Part shown: in pieces, positions 43,668 through 52,251 of the stretch
Position numbering within the stretch: position 1 is the stretch's first letter
Layout of the letters: the number at the start of each line of letters is the position of its first letter
Translations under genes and position numbers: made by a program
Notes under the pieces: generated by a model
Told to the model about the DNA's origin: nothing
Databases searched by the model: none
What the model saw: the letters and a program-made list of their open reading frames with translations, nothing else
DNA from: Candidatus Woesearchaeota archaeon
GTDB taxonomy: Archaea > Nanobdellota > Nanobdellia > Woesearchaeales > WJKR01
Direction of reading: 5' to 3'
DNA: 64,000 nt
Assembly (NCBI GenBank): GCA_016927245.1
Contig: JAFGNA010000010.1
Span: 9,894 to 73,893, forward strand

Positions 43668-43990
43668 TGGCGAGAAAGAGAGTAGCCTACGGGCCATATG
43701 CGAGACGAGGCAAGAAGAAACGGTAAAGGAAGGTTTTCCTCCGCGGGGCACAGCTCACGCTAGCAGTCGAGGGCGCGCCACGATCGGTCTCCGATGGTTT
43801 TTTCACCGTCTTCGGCTACCGTTCCACCTCGTGGTTGTCGGTCCACCTTGGAAGGCGCCAGGAACACAAGCCGTGGTGCGGTCATGCAGTCCTCGCGGGC
43901 AAGGTGCCGGGCGTTCGGGCACGAAACGATTGAAGGATTCCTTCTTATTCGCTCGGCGCTGAACGCAGTACACTATCGTATGGTTATTGG
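43668..43990 (-). ncRNA. candidate structured ncRNA of unknown class
   Basis: BRE/TATA (minus AAAAGATTTATAAG, 44014-44027) predicts a TSS near 43990. The minus strand ends in CCAGTTTTTTTTTCG at ~43660-43670. The interior is GC-rich with many local hairpins (e.g. GTGCC-N8-GGCAC, GAAGG-AAU-CCUUC), and 36-50/271-285 can pair. No credible ORF. Confidence 0.4.
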
Positions 43991-44013
43991 GAGGGGAAGA
44001 GAAGAGAAGGAGG

Positions 44014-44022
44014 CTTATAAAT
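44014..44022 (-). promoter_or_regulatory. TATA box (minus ATTTATAAG) driving the candidate ncRNA
   Basis: It has the same BRE/TATA flavour (AAAGATTTATA) as the promoters at 19452 and 22087. No protein gene lies downstream on the minus strand for >1 kb. Confidence 0.5.
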
Positions 44023-44291
44023 CTTTTCACAAAATAATTTCTATAAAGAAAATAAATGGTGCGCGCACAGCCGCAAACCCCCAAGAAAGAGAACACGAAA
44101 AACAACGGAAAACCCTCCCTGCTCAAGCAGCAAGCGCCCTAACAGCACCAGAGCAGGAGGAAGCACGCCACCAACATAGACACCACCAACCCAAAAAAAA
44201 CCCACAAGCAATGAACAACACAGAGGAAACAGCGAGCAAGAGAGCCAAGAACAACAGCCTATTTAAACAACAACTGGTTTCTTAATAAACC

Positions 44292-45197
44292 ATGCAGCTC
44301 ACCTTCCTCGGCACAGGAGCAATGGTCCCCACCAAGGACCGGAACGTCCAAGGCATCTACCTGGACTACGAAGGAGAAGGCATCCTCATCGACTGCGGCG
44401 AAGGCACGCAACGACAGATGAGCATCGCAGGCATCAACCGCCTCAAAATCAAGAAAATCCTCATCACGCACTGGCACGGAGACCACGTCGCAGGCCTCAT
44501 CGGCCTCATACAGACCCTCGGCAACACCGACGAGCCCGGCACGGTACGCCTCTACGGACCAGAAGGCACCAAGCACTACCTCGGCCACCTCCTCAACAGC
44601 TGCTCGTTCGATCTCCGACTCGACCTCGAAGTCAAGGAAGTCATCCCTAAAAGCGACACACCCCTCATCTTCTACGAGAACGACCGCTACGCCCTGCAAG
44701 CCGTCAACCTCAAGCACACCATCCCCTGCCTCGGCTACGCCTTCGTGGAGAAAGACCAACGAAAAGTGAACATGGCCAAGGCCAAGAAGCTCGGCCTCAA
44801 AGAAGGACCGCTCATCGGCAGGCTGCAAAGAGGAGAAGCCGTGCTGCACGAGCAGAAACGCATCACGCCCAGCATGGTCACCACCACCAGGCACGGGAAG
44901 AAGATAGCGTTCGTCCTCGACACAGAGCCATGCGCAGGGATGCACACCATCGCGCGAGAAGCGGACCTCCTCATCGCGGAAGCGACCTACGAATCGTCGC
45001 TGGACGAGAAAGCCGAGCAGTACAAGCACCTCACCGCACAAATCGTCGCGCAAGTAGCAGGCCAAGAAGGCGTCAAGAAGCTCATCCTCACCCACTTCTC
45101 ACAACGGTACAAAACAGCAGAGGACATAGAAGCGGACGCAAAGAAAATCTTCCCGGAGACGACGTGCGCGCACGACTTCCTCCAAGTGAAACTATAG
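44292..45197 (+). CDS. rnz: ribonuclease Z (tRNA 3' endonuclease)
   Basis: MQLTFLGTG…ILIDCGEGTQRQ, the metallo-beta-lactamase motif HWHGDHVAG, and C-terminal …LTHFSQRY. Confidence 0.9.
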   Translation: MQLTFLGTGAMVPTKDRNVQGIYLDYEGEGILIDCGEGTQRQMSIAGINRLKIKKILITHWHGDHVAGLIGLIQTLGNTDEPGTVRLYGPEGTKHYLGHLLNSCSFDLRLDLEVKEVIPKSDTPLIFYENDRYALQAVNLKHTIPCLGYAFVEKDQRKVNMAKAKKLGLKEGPLIGRLQRGEAVLHEQKRITPSMVTTTRHGKKIAFVLDTEPCAGMHTIAREADLLIAEATYESSLDEKAEQYKHLTAQIVAQVAGQEGVKKLILTHFSQRYKTAEDIEADAKKIFPETTCAHDFLQVKL

Positions 45198-45207
45198 GTG
45201 CAAGAAC

Positions 45208-45597
45208 ATGTCCCACAAGAGCAGAGGCATCAACGCCGAGCGAGACCTCATCCACCGCTTCTGGGGAGCTAGCTGGGCAGCCCTCCGCGCTGCGGGCAGC
45301 GGCAGCAGCCAGTTCCCCGCCCCTGACGTCGTGGCGAGCAACAACGTGCGCAAACTCGCCCTCGAAGTCAAGCTCACCACCGAGCAAAAGAAGTACTTCA
45401 CCGGCAAGGAGATCCGCGAGCTGCGATACTTCGCAGAGAAGTTCGGCGCGGAGGCATGGGTCGCTGTCAAGTTCTACCACGAGCAATGGCGGTTCCTCAC
45501 CGTCGAGGACCTCGAGGAGACAGGCAAGTCCTACAGCGTCAACAAGGCGTTGGCAGAGCGACGAGGCCTCACCTTCGAAGACCTCATAGGATTATGA
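45208..45597 (+). CDS. hjc: Holliday junction resolvase Hjc
   Basis: G..AERDL…(A)AGSG…PDVVA…LALEVK matches the Hjc E…D…E.K nuclease signature. 129 aa, starting 11 nt after rnz. Confidence 0.85.
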   Translation: MSHKSRGINAERDLIHRFWGASWAALRAAGSGSSQFPAPDVVASNNVRKLALEVKLTTEQKKYFTGKEIRELRYFAEKFGAEAWVAVKFYHEQWRFLTVEDLEETGKSYSVNKALAERRGLTFEDLIGL

Positions 45598-45608
45598 ACA
45601 ATGACGAG

Positions 45609-46637
45609 TCACTTCTTAACCTTCTTCCCAGAGGATTTATGCTTCGAAGGGCTCTTCTCCTTCTTCGGCGGCTTCGACTGACGCTTGCTCAAGAACATCG
45701 CCACGCCGAGGATGATGAGGAGCACGATGGCCACTATCATAACCAGGAGCCCCGCCGCTTGTCGGCCCTCATCCTCCCCGCCGCCCGTCACGGGAGAAGA
45801 ACCATCCTCCTCGGCCGCCCCAACCACGCCCTCATCGGCCTCGCCGCGTTCCTCCTCAGCCCCAGCAGCATCGCGCTCCGCACCCACCTCTACCTCCCTG
45901 TCGGACTCGATGACGAGCGCGTACGGCATGCCGCCTTCAATGCCGAAGAACACCCGCTGCTTGACCCGAGAACTGTACACCGCCTTGAGCTCCTTGTCAT
46001 CCAGTTGCGACTGGATGTCCAAGCGCGTGGTGAGCGTGCTGTCTACCAAGATGAAGCGGAGGACTGTCTTGTCAGCAGGGGTGATGGAGAAGTACACGGT
46101 CTCGTCCTGCTCCAGGTCCAAGGCATAATAGTCTATGAGGTCACCGCCGCCGAGGAACCCCTCATACACCCCTGGGTTGATGAGGAAACCATCCCTGAAG
46201 CTCTTCGGAGCGTCAGCGCCCATCCCCGCGTCGTCCTGGTCCTCCGCGGTCACAGTCAACGCGTAAGCAGCGCCAGGGGTGCCGTGATCAACGACCACAG
46301 CGTAGATCTCCTGGGGCTGACCCTTGACGAGGCCGTTCGTATAGCTGAACGAGAGCGTGTCGCCGGCGCCACCGTGCTCCTGGAAGATGAATGCCTCCGC
46401 GGAGGGGTCATAGACGTAGAGCATCGGGGAATAGCCGGGCGAGCCCTGCAGCGTCACGGTGACGTGCTTGAAACCAGGAGGCGCGATGGCGTAGACGAAG
46501 TCATCCCCGGAATCCTTGATGGTGCCGTTCACGGCGAAGACGTCGCCCGTCACCTCAAAGTCGGGCACGTACAGCCCAGCGGCAACGGCCGCGAAGGAGA
46601 GCAGGAAGGAAAGGAGGTAAGAGGAGGTCCGTCGCAT
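45609..46637 (-). CDS. type-I membrane-anchored secreted protein (PPC-like beta domains, tentative)
   Basis: Track start is 46682. The ATG at 46637 has a GAGGTGAGGTG SD and gives the signal peptide MRRTSSYLLSFLLSFAAVAAG. C-terminal TM LLVMIVAIVLLIILGVAMF is followed by a Lys-rich tail. Confidence 0.6.
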   Translation of the reverse strand: MRRTSSYLLSFLLSFAAVAAGLYVPDFEVTGDVFAVNGTIKDSGDDFVYAIAPPGFKHVTVTLQGSPGYSPMLYVYDPSAEAFIFQEHGGAGDTLSFSYTNGLVKGQPQEIYAVVVDHGTPGAAYALTVTAEDQDDAGMGADAPKSFRDGFLINPGVYEGFLGGGDLIDYYALDLEQDETVYFSITPADKTVLRFILVDSTLTTRLDIQSQLDDKELKAVYSSRVKQRVFFGIEGGMPYALVIESDREVEVGAERDAAGAEEERGEADEGVVGAAEEDGSSPVTGGGEDEGRQAAGLLVMIVAIVLLIILGVAMFLSKRQSKPPKKEKSPSKHKSSGKKVKK

Positions 46638-46647
46638 CCCGGACACC

Positions 46648-46860
46648 TCACCTCTTCTTGTGCTTCTTGAGCATGCTCTCAATCTCTTCCTCGTCCTTGA
46701 GGATGCTCTTCGCCATGAGCTCGATGTGCATGTCGATACGCGCGATCCGCCGCTCCAGGAGTATCAGGACGCGCAACGCGTACACGATCGCGAACAAGGT
46801 GCCGATGATGACCGCCAAGATGACCGCTGCTTGTTGTTCCCATGCCATTGGAGTATCCAC
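46648..46860 (-). CDS. small membrane protein (1 TM + amphipathic helix)
   Basis: AAVILAVIIGTLFAIVYALRVLILL followed by a charged helix. Its stop lies 10 nt before the next ATG. Confidence 0.45.
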   Translation of the reverse strand: MDTPMAWEQQAAVILAVIIGTLFAIVYALRVLILLERRIARIDMHIELMAKSILKDEEEIESMLKKHKKR

Positions 46861-47025
46861 CTCTTATATGTGTTTGAACCAGTGATTCAAAGGAAATCCC
46901 CACTATATAAAGCTTTTGTTGTGGGGCGTCGCCCTTCAGAAGAGGTAAAAAAAAGAAAGGTTTATATAACACCCTGTGTTATGCAAAAACGTCCTTATCA
47001 CGGCAAGCAAGGGTAGGTGGAAGAC

Positions 47026-47295
47026 ATGCTGAAGATGAAAAAAATCACGGAAACGTTCGACATGAAAGTATTCACGGACAACGGCGAATATTTCGGCGAC
47101 GTCGAGGAAGCCATCGTCACGAGCACCAAGATATTCGGGTGGAAGGTGCGCGCGACCAAGAGCAGCTTCCTGAACAAGGTCCTCGGCAGCGCGAAAGGGG
47201 TCATCGTGCCGCACCAGCTCGTGAAGAGCATGGGCGACATCATGATCATCAGCAAGCAAGCCATGCCGTCCTACAACCCCGACGAGGACGAATAA
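47026..47295 (+). CDS. PRC-barrel domain protein
   Basis: The pattern V.T.(N)GEYFGDVE…GWKV……G.(I)VPH..V..(M)GD.(M)II is typical of archaeal PRC-barrel proteins. The track start at 47017 is a GTG. The ATG at 47026 follows a GGTAGGTGG SD. Confidence 0.6.
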   Translation: MLKMKKITETFDMKVFTDNGEYFGDVEEAIVTSTKIFGWKVRATKSSFLNKVLGSAKGVIVPHQLVKSMGDIMIISKQAMPSYNPDEDE

Positions 47296-47373
47296 GCAGT
47301 TCTTCTCCGCTCTCCCCCAGCGGCCTACCCGCAGGCAGCAACCTTTAAGAAGCACGAGACGGTACTCTCGACC

Positions 47374-48909
47374 ATGGCGCAACCCCCCGGAAAGACGCGG
47401 GAACAGGGGTGGACGACCGCCCTCCTCATCGCGCTCTTCATCGCGGTAGCGGCGCTGCGCATCATCCTCGCCTACCAGTCACCGCACCCAGACTACGAAG
47501 CCTATGGCATGCTGCGCCGCGTAGAGCACGTCCAAGAGACCGGCAAGCCATTACTCCACGATAACCTCGGCTTCGGTGGGCGCGACCAGGTGTTCTCGCC
47601 CCTCTACGACTACCTCCTCGCAGCCCTGGGACTCATCCTCCCGGCAGGATGGCTGGTCAAAGTAGTCCCTAACCTCTTCGCCGCGAGCATGGTCTTCCCC
47701 GCGTACGCCCTCGCCAAATACATGCTGAAACGGCGAGGGCTCTCACTCATCACCGCAGGCATGGCCGCGCTGGTGCCGAGCGTGCTCGGCAACGGCATCA
47801 ACGACGCCTCATCACTGCCTCTGAGCATGACACTCCTCGTCGCCGCCATGTACCTCTTCCTCAAGAGTAGGAAGAGCGGGAAGCATCTCAACTACCTCCT
47901 CATCGTCCTCGTCGCCTCCTCCCTCCTCAGCCCCATCAGCATCGTGTTCCTCGTCGCGCTCCTCATCTACCTTGGCCTCCTCAAGCTCCAACAGGTCCGC
48001 GTCGCGCCGAAGGAGATCGAGATACTCTTCTTCCTCCTCTTCTTCGACGCTTGGTTCTACCTCGTCGTGTACAAGCGCGCGTTCGCGGCGCACGGCGCGG
48101 CCGTCATCTGGCAGAACATCCCAGCAGCGGAGCTGATGAGCGTGTTCTCACGCATCACCCTCCTCCAAGCGTTGTCCAGCGTAGGCATCGTCACCCTCGT
48201 CCTCGGCGTCTTCGCCCTGTACGCGGCCATGACGCAGACCCGGAAGAAGTCACTAGCCTTACTCTCAGGCACGCTCATCGCCGTGCTCCTCCTGCTTTGG
48301 TTCAGGCTCGTCGCGCTCGAGACAGGACTGGCGCTACTCGGCCTCATCCTCGCGCTCGCCAGCGGGTACGCGCTCTCGCTCCTTGTGGATTACCTCCAAC
48401 AGACCAAGGCTGCACGGGGCGCTTGGTGGGCGGTTGCGGGGATAGCCATCCTCTTCATCGCCACCGCGCTGCCGACGATTGCCACCGCGGACCTCACCGA
48501 CGCGCCGTCAACAAATGACCTCAAGGTACTCTCATGGGCGAAGGAGTTCACCGACGAGGACGCCGTCATCCTCGCTTCCCCGAAGGAGGGGGCAGTGGTG
48601 GCAGCGGTCGCGCAGCGACGCACCGTAGCCGACCAATACTACCTGCTCGTACCCCGGATGGACGAGCGCTACGAGGACATACGCTCGACGTACGCCGCAT
48701 TCTTCATCACGGACGCGGTGAGCAAGATGCAGAAGTACGGCGCTACCCACCTCCTCGTCTCGTCGCAGACCGCGGCGTTCTCAGGCGTCGAGCAGCCGGC
48801 GTTCCTTAAGGAAGGGGACAAGTGCTTCGAGCTCATCACCGAGGCGGGGCCGCCCGGCGAGGAGACCAAGCTGTATGAGCGCCGCTGCAGCATCAGGGAG
48901 GTGTCCTGA
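47374..48909 (+). CDS. polytopic membrane protein, GT-C-fold glycosyltransferase-like
   Basis: About 13 TM helices with a first-loop acidic motif (HPDYEAYGMLR) and a ~100-aa C-terminal soluble domain. No WWDYG motif, so I do not call it AglB. Confidence 0.55.
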   Translation: MAQPPGKTREQGWTTALLIALFIAVAALRIILAYQSPHPDYEAYGMLRRVEHVQETGKPLLHDNLGFGGRDQVFSPLYDYLLAALGLILPAGWLVKVVPNLFAASMVFPAYALAKYMLKRRGLSLITAGMAALVPSVLGNGINDASSLPLSMTLLVAAMYLFLKSRKSGKHLNYLLIVLVASSLLSPISIVFLVALLIYLGLLKLQQVRVAPKEIEILFFLLFFDAWFYLVVYKRAFAAHGAAVIWQNIPAAELMSVFSRITLLQALSSVGIVTLVLGVFALYAAMTQTRKKSLALLSGTLIAVLLLLWFRLVALETGLALLGLILALASGYALSLLVDYLQQTKAARGAWWAVAGIAILFIATALPTIATADLTDAPSTNDLKVLSWAKEFTDEDAVILASPKEGAVVAAVAQRRTVADQYYLLVPRMDERYEDIRSTYAAFFITDAVSKMQKYGATHLLVSSQTAAFSGVEQPAFLKEGDKCFELITEAGPPGEETKLYERRCSIREVS

Positions 48910-50300
48910 TGCGCGAGGAGGTGAAGAAGTGGTTCGTGTTGGGTGTCATGCTCGTCCTTTGCTTGTCATTCCTCTTGACGCCTTTCGTGATCAGGTCGTT
49001 GCAAGGCAACCACTCATTGCTGGGGGAAGAGAGCTACGCCCACCTTGCCATCGCGCAGAACATCCTCTCGCCGGGCAGCTACCCGTTGCCGGAGGTGGAG
49101 GAGACGCTGTACGACGGCTTCCTCGCGATCCTCTTCACCATTGCCAAGCCGTTGCTCATCGGCAAGCTCCTCCCCGTGGCTCTCGGCGTTCTCGCGGTCA
49201 TCCTCTTCTTCCTCAGAGCAGGCTCCATCATAGGGGATGAGGATGAGCGGCCGCTCGCAGGGCTCCTGCTGCTCATCTCACCGTTGTTCCTCGTGGTGTT
49301 CACCTCGTTGTCGCCCTTGTCATTGGTCCTCGTGCTGTCGCTCGGCGCGTGGTTCTGGTACGACCGGCGTCGCTGGGTGAGTTTCTCGTTGCTCTCTCTG
49401 CTCCTCCTCGTCGACGCGAAGGGCTTCGTCGTCGCGACGCTCCTCCTCATCGCATACGGGCTCATAAGCGGCGAGTGGAAGGGGTTGGCCGTCGCAGGCG
49501 GCGCCGGGCTCGTCGTCCTCGTGCTGCTAGAAAAGTTGTTCGGGTTCGTCGCCAAGGACGTGTTGCTGCGCGACACCTCGAGCATCTTCGTCTCGCTCGG
49601 CGCGCACTTCGGGTACTCATTCTTCATCCTGTTCCTCGCGCTGATGGGCGCCCTCGCGTCGTGGTCGAGGAAGGGAGAGGACGTGGCGGCGAGCATCATC
49701 ATCATCGGCGTGCTCTTGTTCTCGTTCTCTGACGTCACGGCAAGGGTGTTGCTCCTGCCTGTGGCCGCGCTGTTCGCGGCGAGGGGCTTCTTGCTCCTCC
49801 TCCGCCGCTCGTGGGCGGTGCAGAGCATCAGGAACATCACCCTCTTCCTGGCTGGGCTGAGCTTGTTGTTCACCTTCGTCCTCGCGGTGTCATCGCTGGC
49901 TGAGGAGGAGCCTTCGCTCGCAACGATGGAGGCGATGCAGTTCCTCCGTGCTGTCCCTGGCGAAGAGGTCGTGCTATCAGGCCTCGACAACGGCGTGTTC
50001 ATCGAGCGCATCGGCCGCCAACCCGCCTTCATGGACAATCTCGTTGGAGGCGTCGATGCCGAGGCGCGCGCGGCGGTAGCGGAGGGCATCTTCTTCTCCC
50101 AGCGATTGGAGGACGCCTCGTCGTTGCTGCGCGCGTACAACATCAGCCACATCCTCATCGATGAGGGGATGCGGAACGGCGGGGTGTGGACTGCTGATGA
50201 TCAGGGCTTGTTGTTCCTGGTCGAGAACTGCCCGTCGTTCATCAAGGTGTACGATAAGGATGGCGTGAGCGTGTACCGCTTCATGGAGGGGGAGGTGTAG
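48909..50300 (+). CDS. polytopic membrane protein, GT-C-fold glycosyltransferase-like (paralogue of previous)
   Basis: TGATG stop/start overlap with the previous gene. Similar architecture, with first loop GEESYAHLAIAQN. Confidence 0.55.
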   Translation: MREEVKKWFVLGVMLVLCLSFLLTPFVIRSLQGNHSLLGEESYAHLAIAQNILSPGSYPLPEVEETLYDGFLAILFTIAKPLLIGKLLPVALGVLAVILFFLRAGSIIGDEDERPLAGLLLLISPLFLVVFTSLSPLSLVLVLSLGAWFWYDRRRWVSFSLLSLLLLVDAKGFVVATLLLIAYGLISGEWKGLAVAGGAGLVVLVLLEKLFGFVAKDVLLRDTSSIFVSLGAHFGYSFFILFLALMGALASWSRKGEDVAASIIIIGVLLFSFSDVTARVLLLPVAALFAARGFLLLLRRSWAVQSIRNITLFLAGLSLLFTFVLAVSSLAEEEPSLATMEAMQFLRAVPGEEVVLSGLDNGVFIERIGRQPAFMDNLVGGVDAEARAAVAEGIFFSQRLEDASSLLRAYNISHILIDEGMRNGGVWTADDQGLLFLVENCPSFIKVYDKDGVSVYRFMEGEV

Positions 50301-50303
50301 CTC

Positions 50304-51578
50304 TTGTCGTTCGGCGTCGTCCTCATCTACGTGGCCACGTTCTTCGGCCTGTTCACCTCGTTCTATTTCTTCCTGACACTCCTGGAGCGCAGGGATGATC
50401 TGAACTTCGGCGAGTGCGCCTCCTTCCCAAAGGTGTCGGTGTGCGTGCCGTGCTATAACGAGGAAGGCACTGTGGTGAAGACGCTGCGCTCGTTGCGCAA
50501 CCTCGACTACCCTAGAGACCGGTTGGAGGTCATCGTGGTTGATGACGGGAGCGATGATCGTACGTTCGAGCGGGCTTCGGCTTTCGCGAGGCGCTTCTCG
50601 GACACTGACATCAAGGTGCTGCGTAAGGAGAACGGCGGCAAGTATACTGCCTTGAACCTTGCCATAAAGCGGGCGTCGGGGAGCATCTTCGGCGCCTTGG
50701 ACGCTGATTCGTTCGTGGACCGAAAGGCGTTGCGCCGCATCGTTAAGGTGTTTGAGAACAAGGGGGTAACCGCGGTCACGCCTTCCATGAAGGTGTACGA
50801 TCCCCGGAACATCCTGCAGCACTTGCAGTACGCCGAGTACTTGTTCGGCATCTTCTTGCGCAAGGTGTTCGCCGGCCTCGGCGCCATCCATGTCACGCCG
50901 GGCCCGTTCAGCTTCTACCGCATGTCTTTTCTGAGGCGGAGCGGGGGGTTCCGCAAGGCGTATCACACCGAGGACATCGAGCTCGCTTTGCGTGCGCAGC
51001 AGCAGCACCGCGTCATCGACAACGCCGTCGACGCTTATGTCTATACCGTTGCGCCGCGCGATTTCAGGACGTTGTGGAAGCAGCGCGTCAGGTGGTATTA
51101 CGGCTTCCTTAAGAACGTGTTCGAGAAGCGCGACTTGTTCTCGGTGAGGCATGGGAATCTCGGTCTCATCATGCTCCCTTCCTCGCTGATTAGCATCGGC
51201 ATCACCGTGCTCATCCTATTCTACACTTCCTTCGTCTTCTTCAGCAATGTCGTCACGAGGGTGCTGAACTGGATCGCGATCAACTTCAATTTCTTCGAGC
51301 TCAAGTGGAACTTCGACGCTTTCTACATCAATACGTCGCCGACCGCTATCCTCGGTCTCATCGGCCTCGTCATCAGCATCACCATGTTCGCCGTGGCGAA
51401 GCGCATCAGCGGCGAGAAGCGCTCCATCGTGTGGCCGTATCTCACGTTCATTTTCCTGTACCCCCTCCTGTACCCTGTCTGGTGGCTCGCGGCGATCTGG
51501 AAGATCGTTGGTCGCCGGCGGGTGGAGTGGGGGCACAAGTCTGAAGTCACGAGGAGGAAGGGTGGTATCAATGGATAG
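50304..51578 (+). CDS. family 2 glycosyltransferase with C-terminal TM helices
   Basis: VSVCVPCYNEEGTV, VVDDGSDD, LDADS (DxD) and a QRVRW-like motif (KQRVRWYYG). Uses a TTG start at 50304. Confidence 0.85.
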   Translation: MSFGVVLIYVATFFGLFTSFYFFLTLLERRDDLNFGECASFPKVSVCVPCYNEEGTVVKTLRSLRNLDYPRDRLEVIVVDDGSDDRTFERASAFARRFSDTDIKVLRKENGGKYTALNLAIKRASGSIFGALDADSFVDRKALRRIVKVFENKGVTAVTPSMKVYDPRNILQHLQYAEYLFGIFLRKVFAGLGAIHVTPGPFSFYRMSFLRRSGGFRKAYHTEDIELALRAQQQHRVIDNAVDAYVYTVAPRDFRTLWKQRVRWYYGFLKNVFEKRDLFSVRHGNLGLIMLPSSLISIGITVLILFYTSFVFFSNVVTRVLNWIAINFNFFELKWNFDAFYINTSPTAILGLIGLVISITMFAVAKRISGEKRSIVWPYLTFIFLYPLLYPVWWLAAIWKIVGRRRVEWGHKSEVTRRKGGING

Positions 51579-52251
51579 GAAGAATTTCTCTGGTAGGAAG
51601 ACGTTGCTGGTCTTGGCCATGACGTTGTTCGTGTTCTTGTTCGGCATCCTCGTCGGCACCGTGCTGAACGAGAAGAAGACTGATGAGGTCTTTCAGCTCA
51701 GCCAGGAGTTGCAGATGAAGACGCTCGGCGTCGAGGTGATGTATTCCATCTTGGAGGGGAGCGTGTGCGAGGACGCGGACATCCTCAGTATTGCTGATGA
51801 CCTGTACGAGGTCTCTCAGCGGGCGGAGTACATGGAGAACTTGTTGGGGTACGACGACCCGCGCATCGTCGATTTGAAGTCGTATTACTTCATCTTGGAG
51901 GCGAAGCATTGGTTGCTGGCGAAGCAGCGGTATGAGCAGTGCCGTCGCGTCATGGAGCCTATGCACCCATTGAACCAGTCGGCGGCGTTGTTCTTCTATT
52001 CGAACAAGGGTGATTGTCCGCGGTGCGATCAGCAGGGCACCGTGCTGAGCTATACTAAGGAGTTGTACCCGGGGTTGATGGTGTATTCCTTCGACATCAA
52101 CTTCGAGTCGCCCGTGGTGGACACGCTGTGTCGCCTGTACGGGGTGGATTCGGCGCCGACCGTCGTGGTGAATGGCAAGGTGCATGAGGGGTACATCGAC
52201 GTGGATGACCTCATCGCGTGGTCTGAGCGCGAGTTCGGGTATGTGCGATGA
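51571..52251 (+). CDS. membrane-anchored thioredoxin-fold protein (CxxC)
   Basis: Track start is 51508. The ATG at 51571 follows GAGGAGGAAGG and overlaps the GT2 stop by 8 nt. TM LLVLAMTLFVFLFGILVG. Also CPRC and …APTVVVNG (cis-Pro loop-like). Confidence 0.6.
   Translation: MDRKNFSGRKTLLVLAMTLFVFLFGILVGTVLNEKKTDEVFQLSQELQMKTLGVEVMYSILEGSVCEDADILSIADDLYEVSQRAEYMENLLGYDDPRIVDLKSYYFILEAKHWLLAKQRYEQCRRVMEPMHPLNQSAALFFYSNKGDCPRCDQQGTVLSYTKELYPGLMVYSFDINFESPVVDTLCRLYGVDSAPTVVVNGKVHEGYIDVDDLIAWSEREFGYVR

Noticed and set aside
43668-43990. Calling this RNA the SRP (7S) RNA
   Set aside because: The size and terminal pairing fit. However, I could not locate the helix-8 GNAR tetraloop flanked by AGG…AGCA on either strand, so the specific call is withheld pending a covariance-model search.
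43794-44285. 163-aa plus ORF and the overlapping 107-aa minus ORF (43803..44126)
   Set aside because: Both run across the BRE/TATA element at 44014-44059 and across the GC-rich RNA candidate or the T-depleted leader of rnz. The composition is low-complexity, and neither has start-site signals.
47374-48909. Calling this polytopic protein the oligosaccharyltransferase AglB/STT3
   Set aside because: The topology and first-loop acidic motif are compatible. However, the diagnostic WWDYG motif and the large C-terminal domain are absent, so only a generic GT-C-like call is made.
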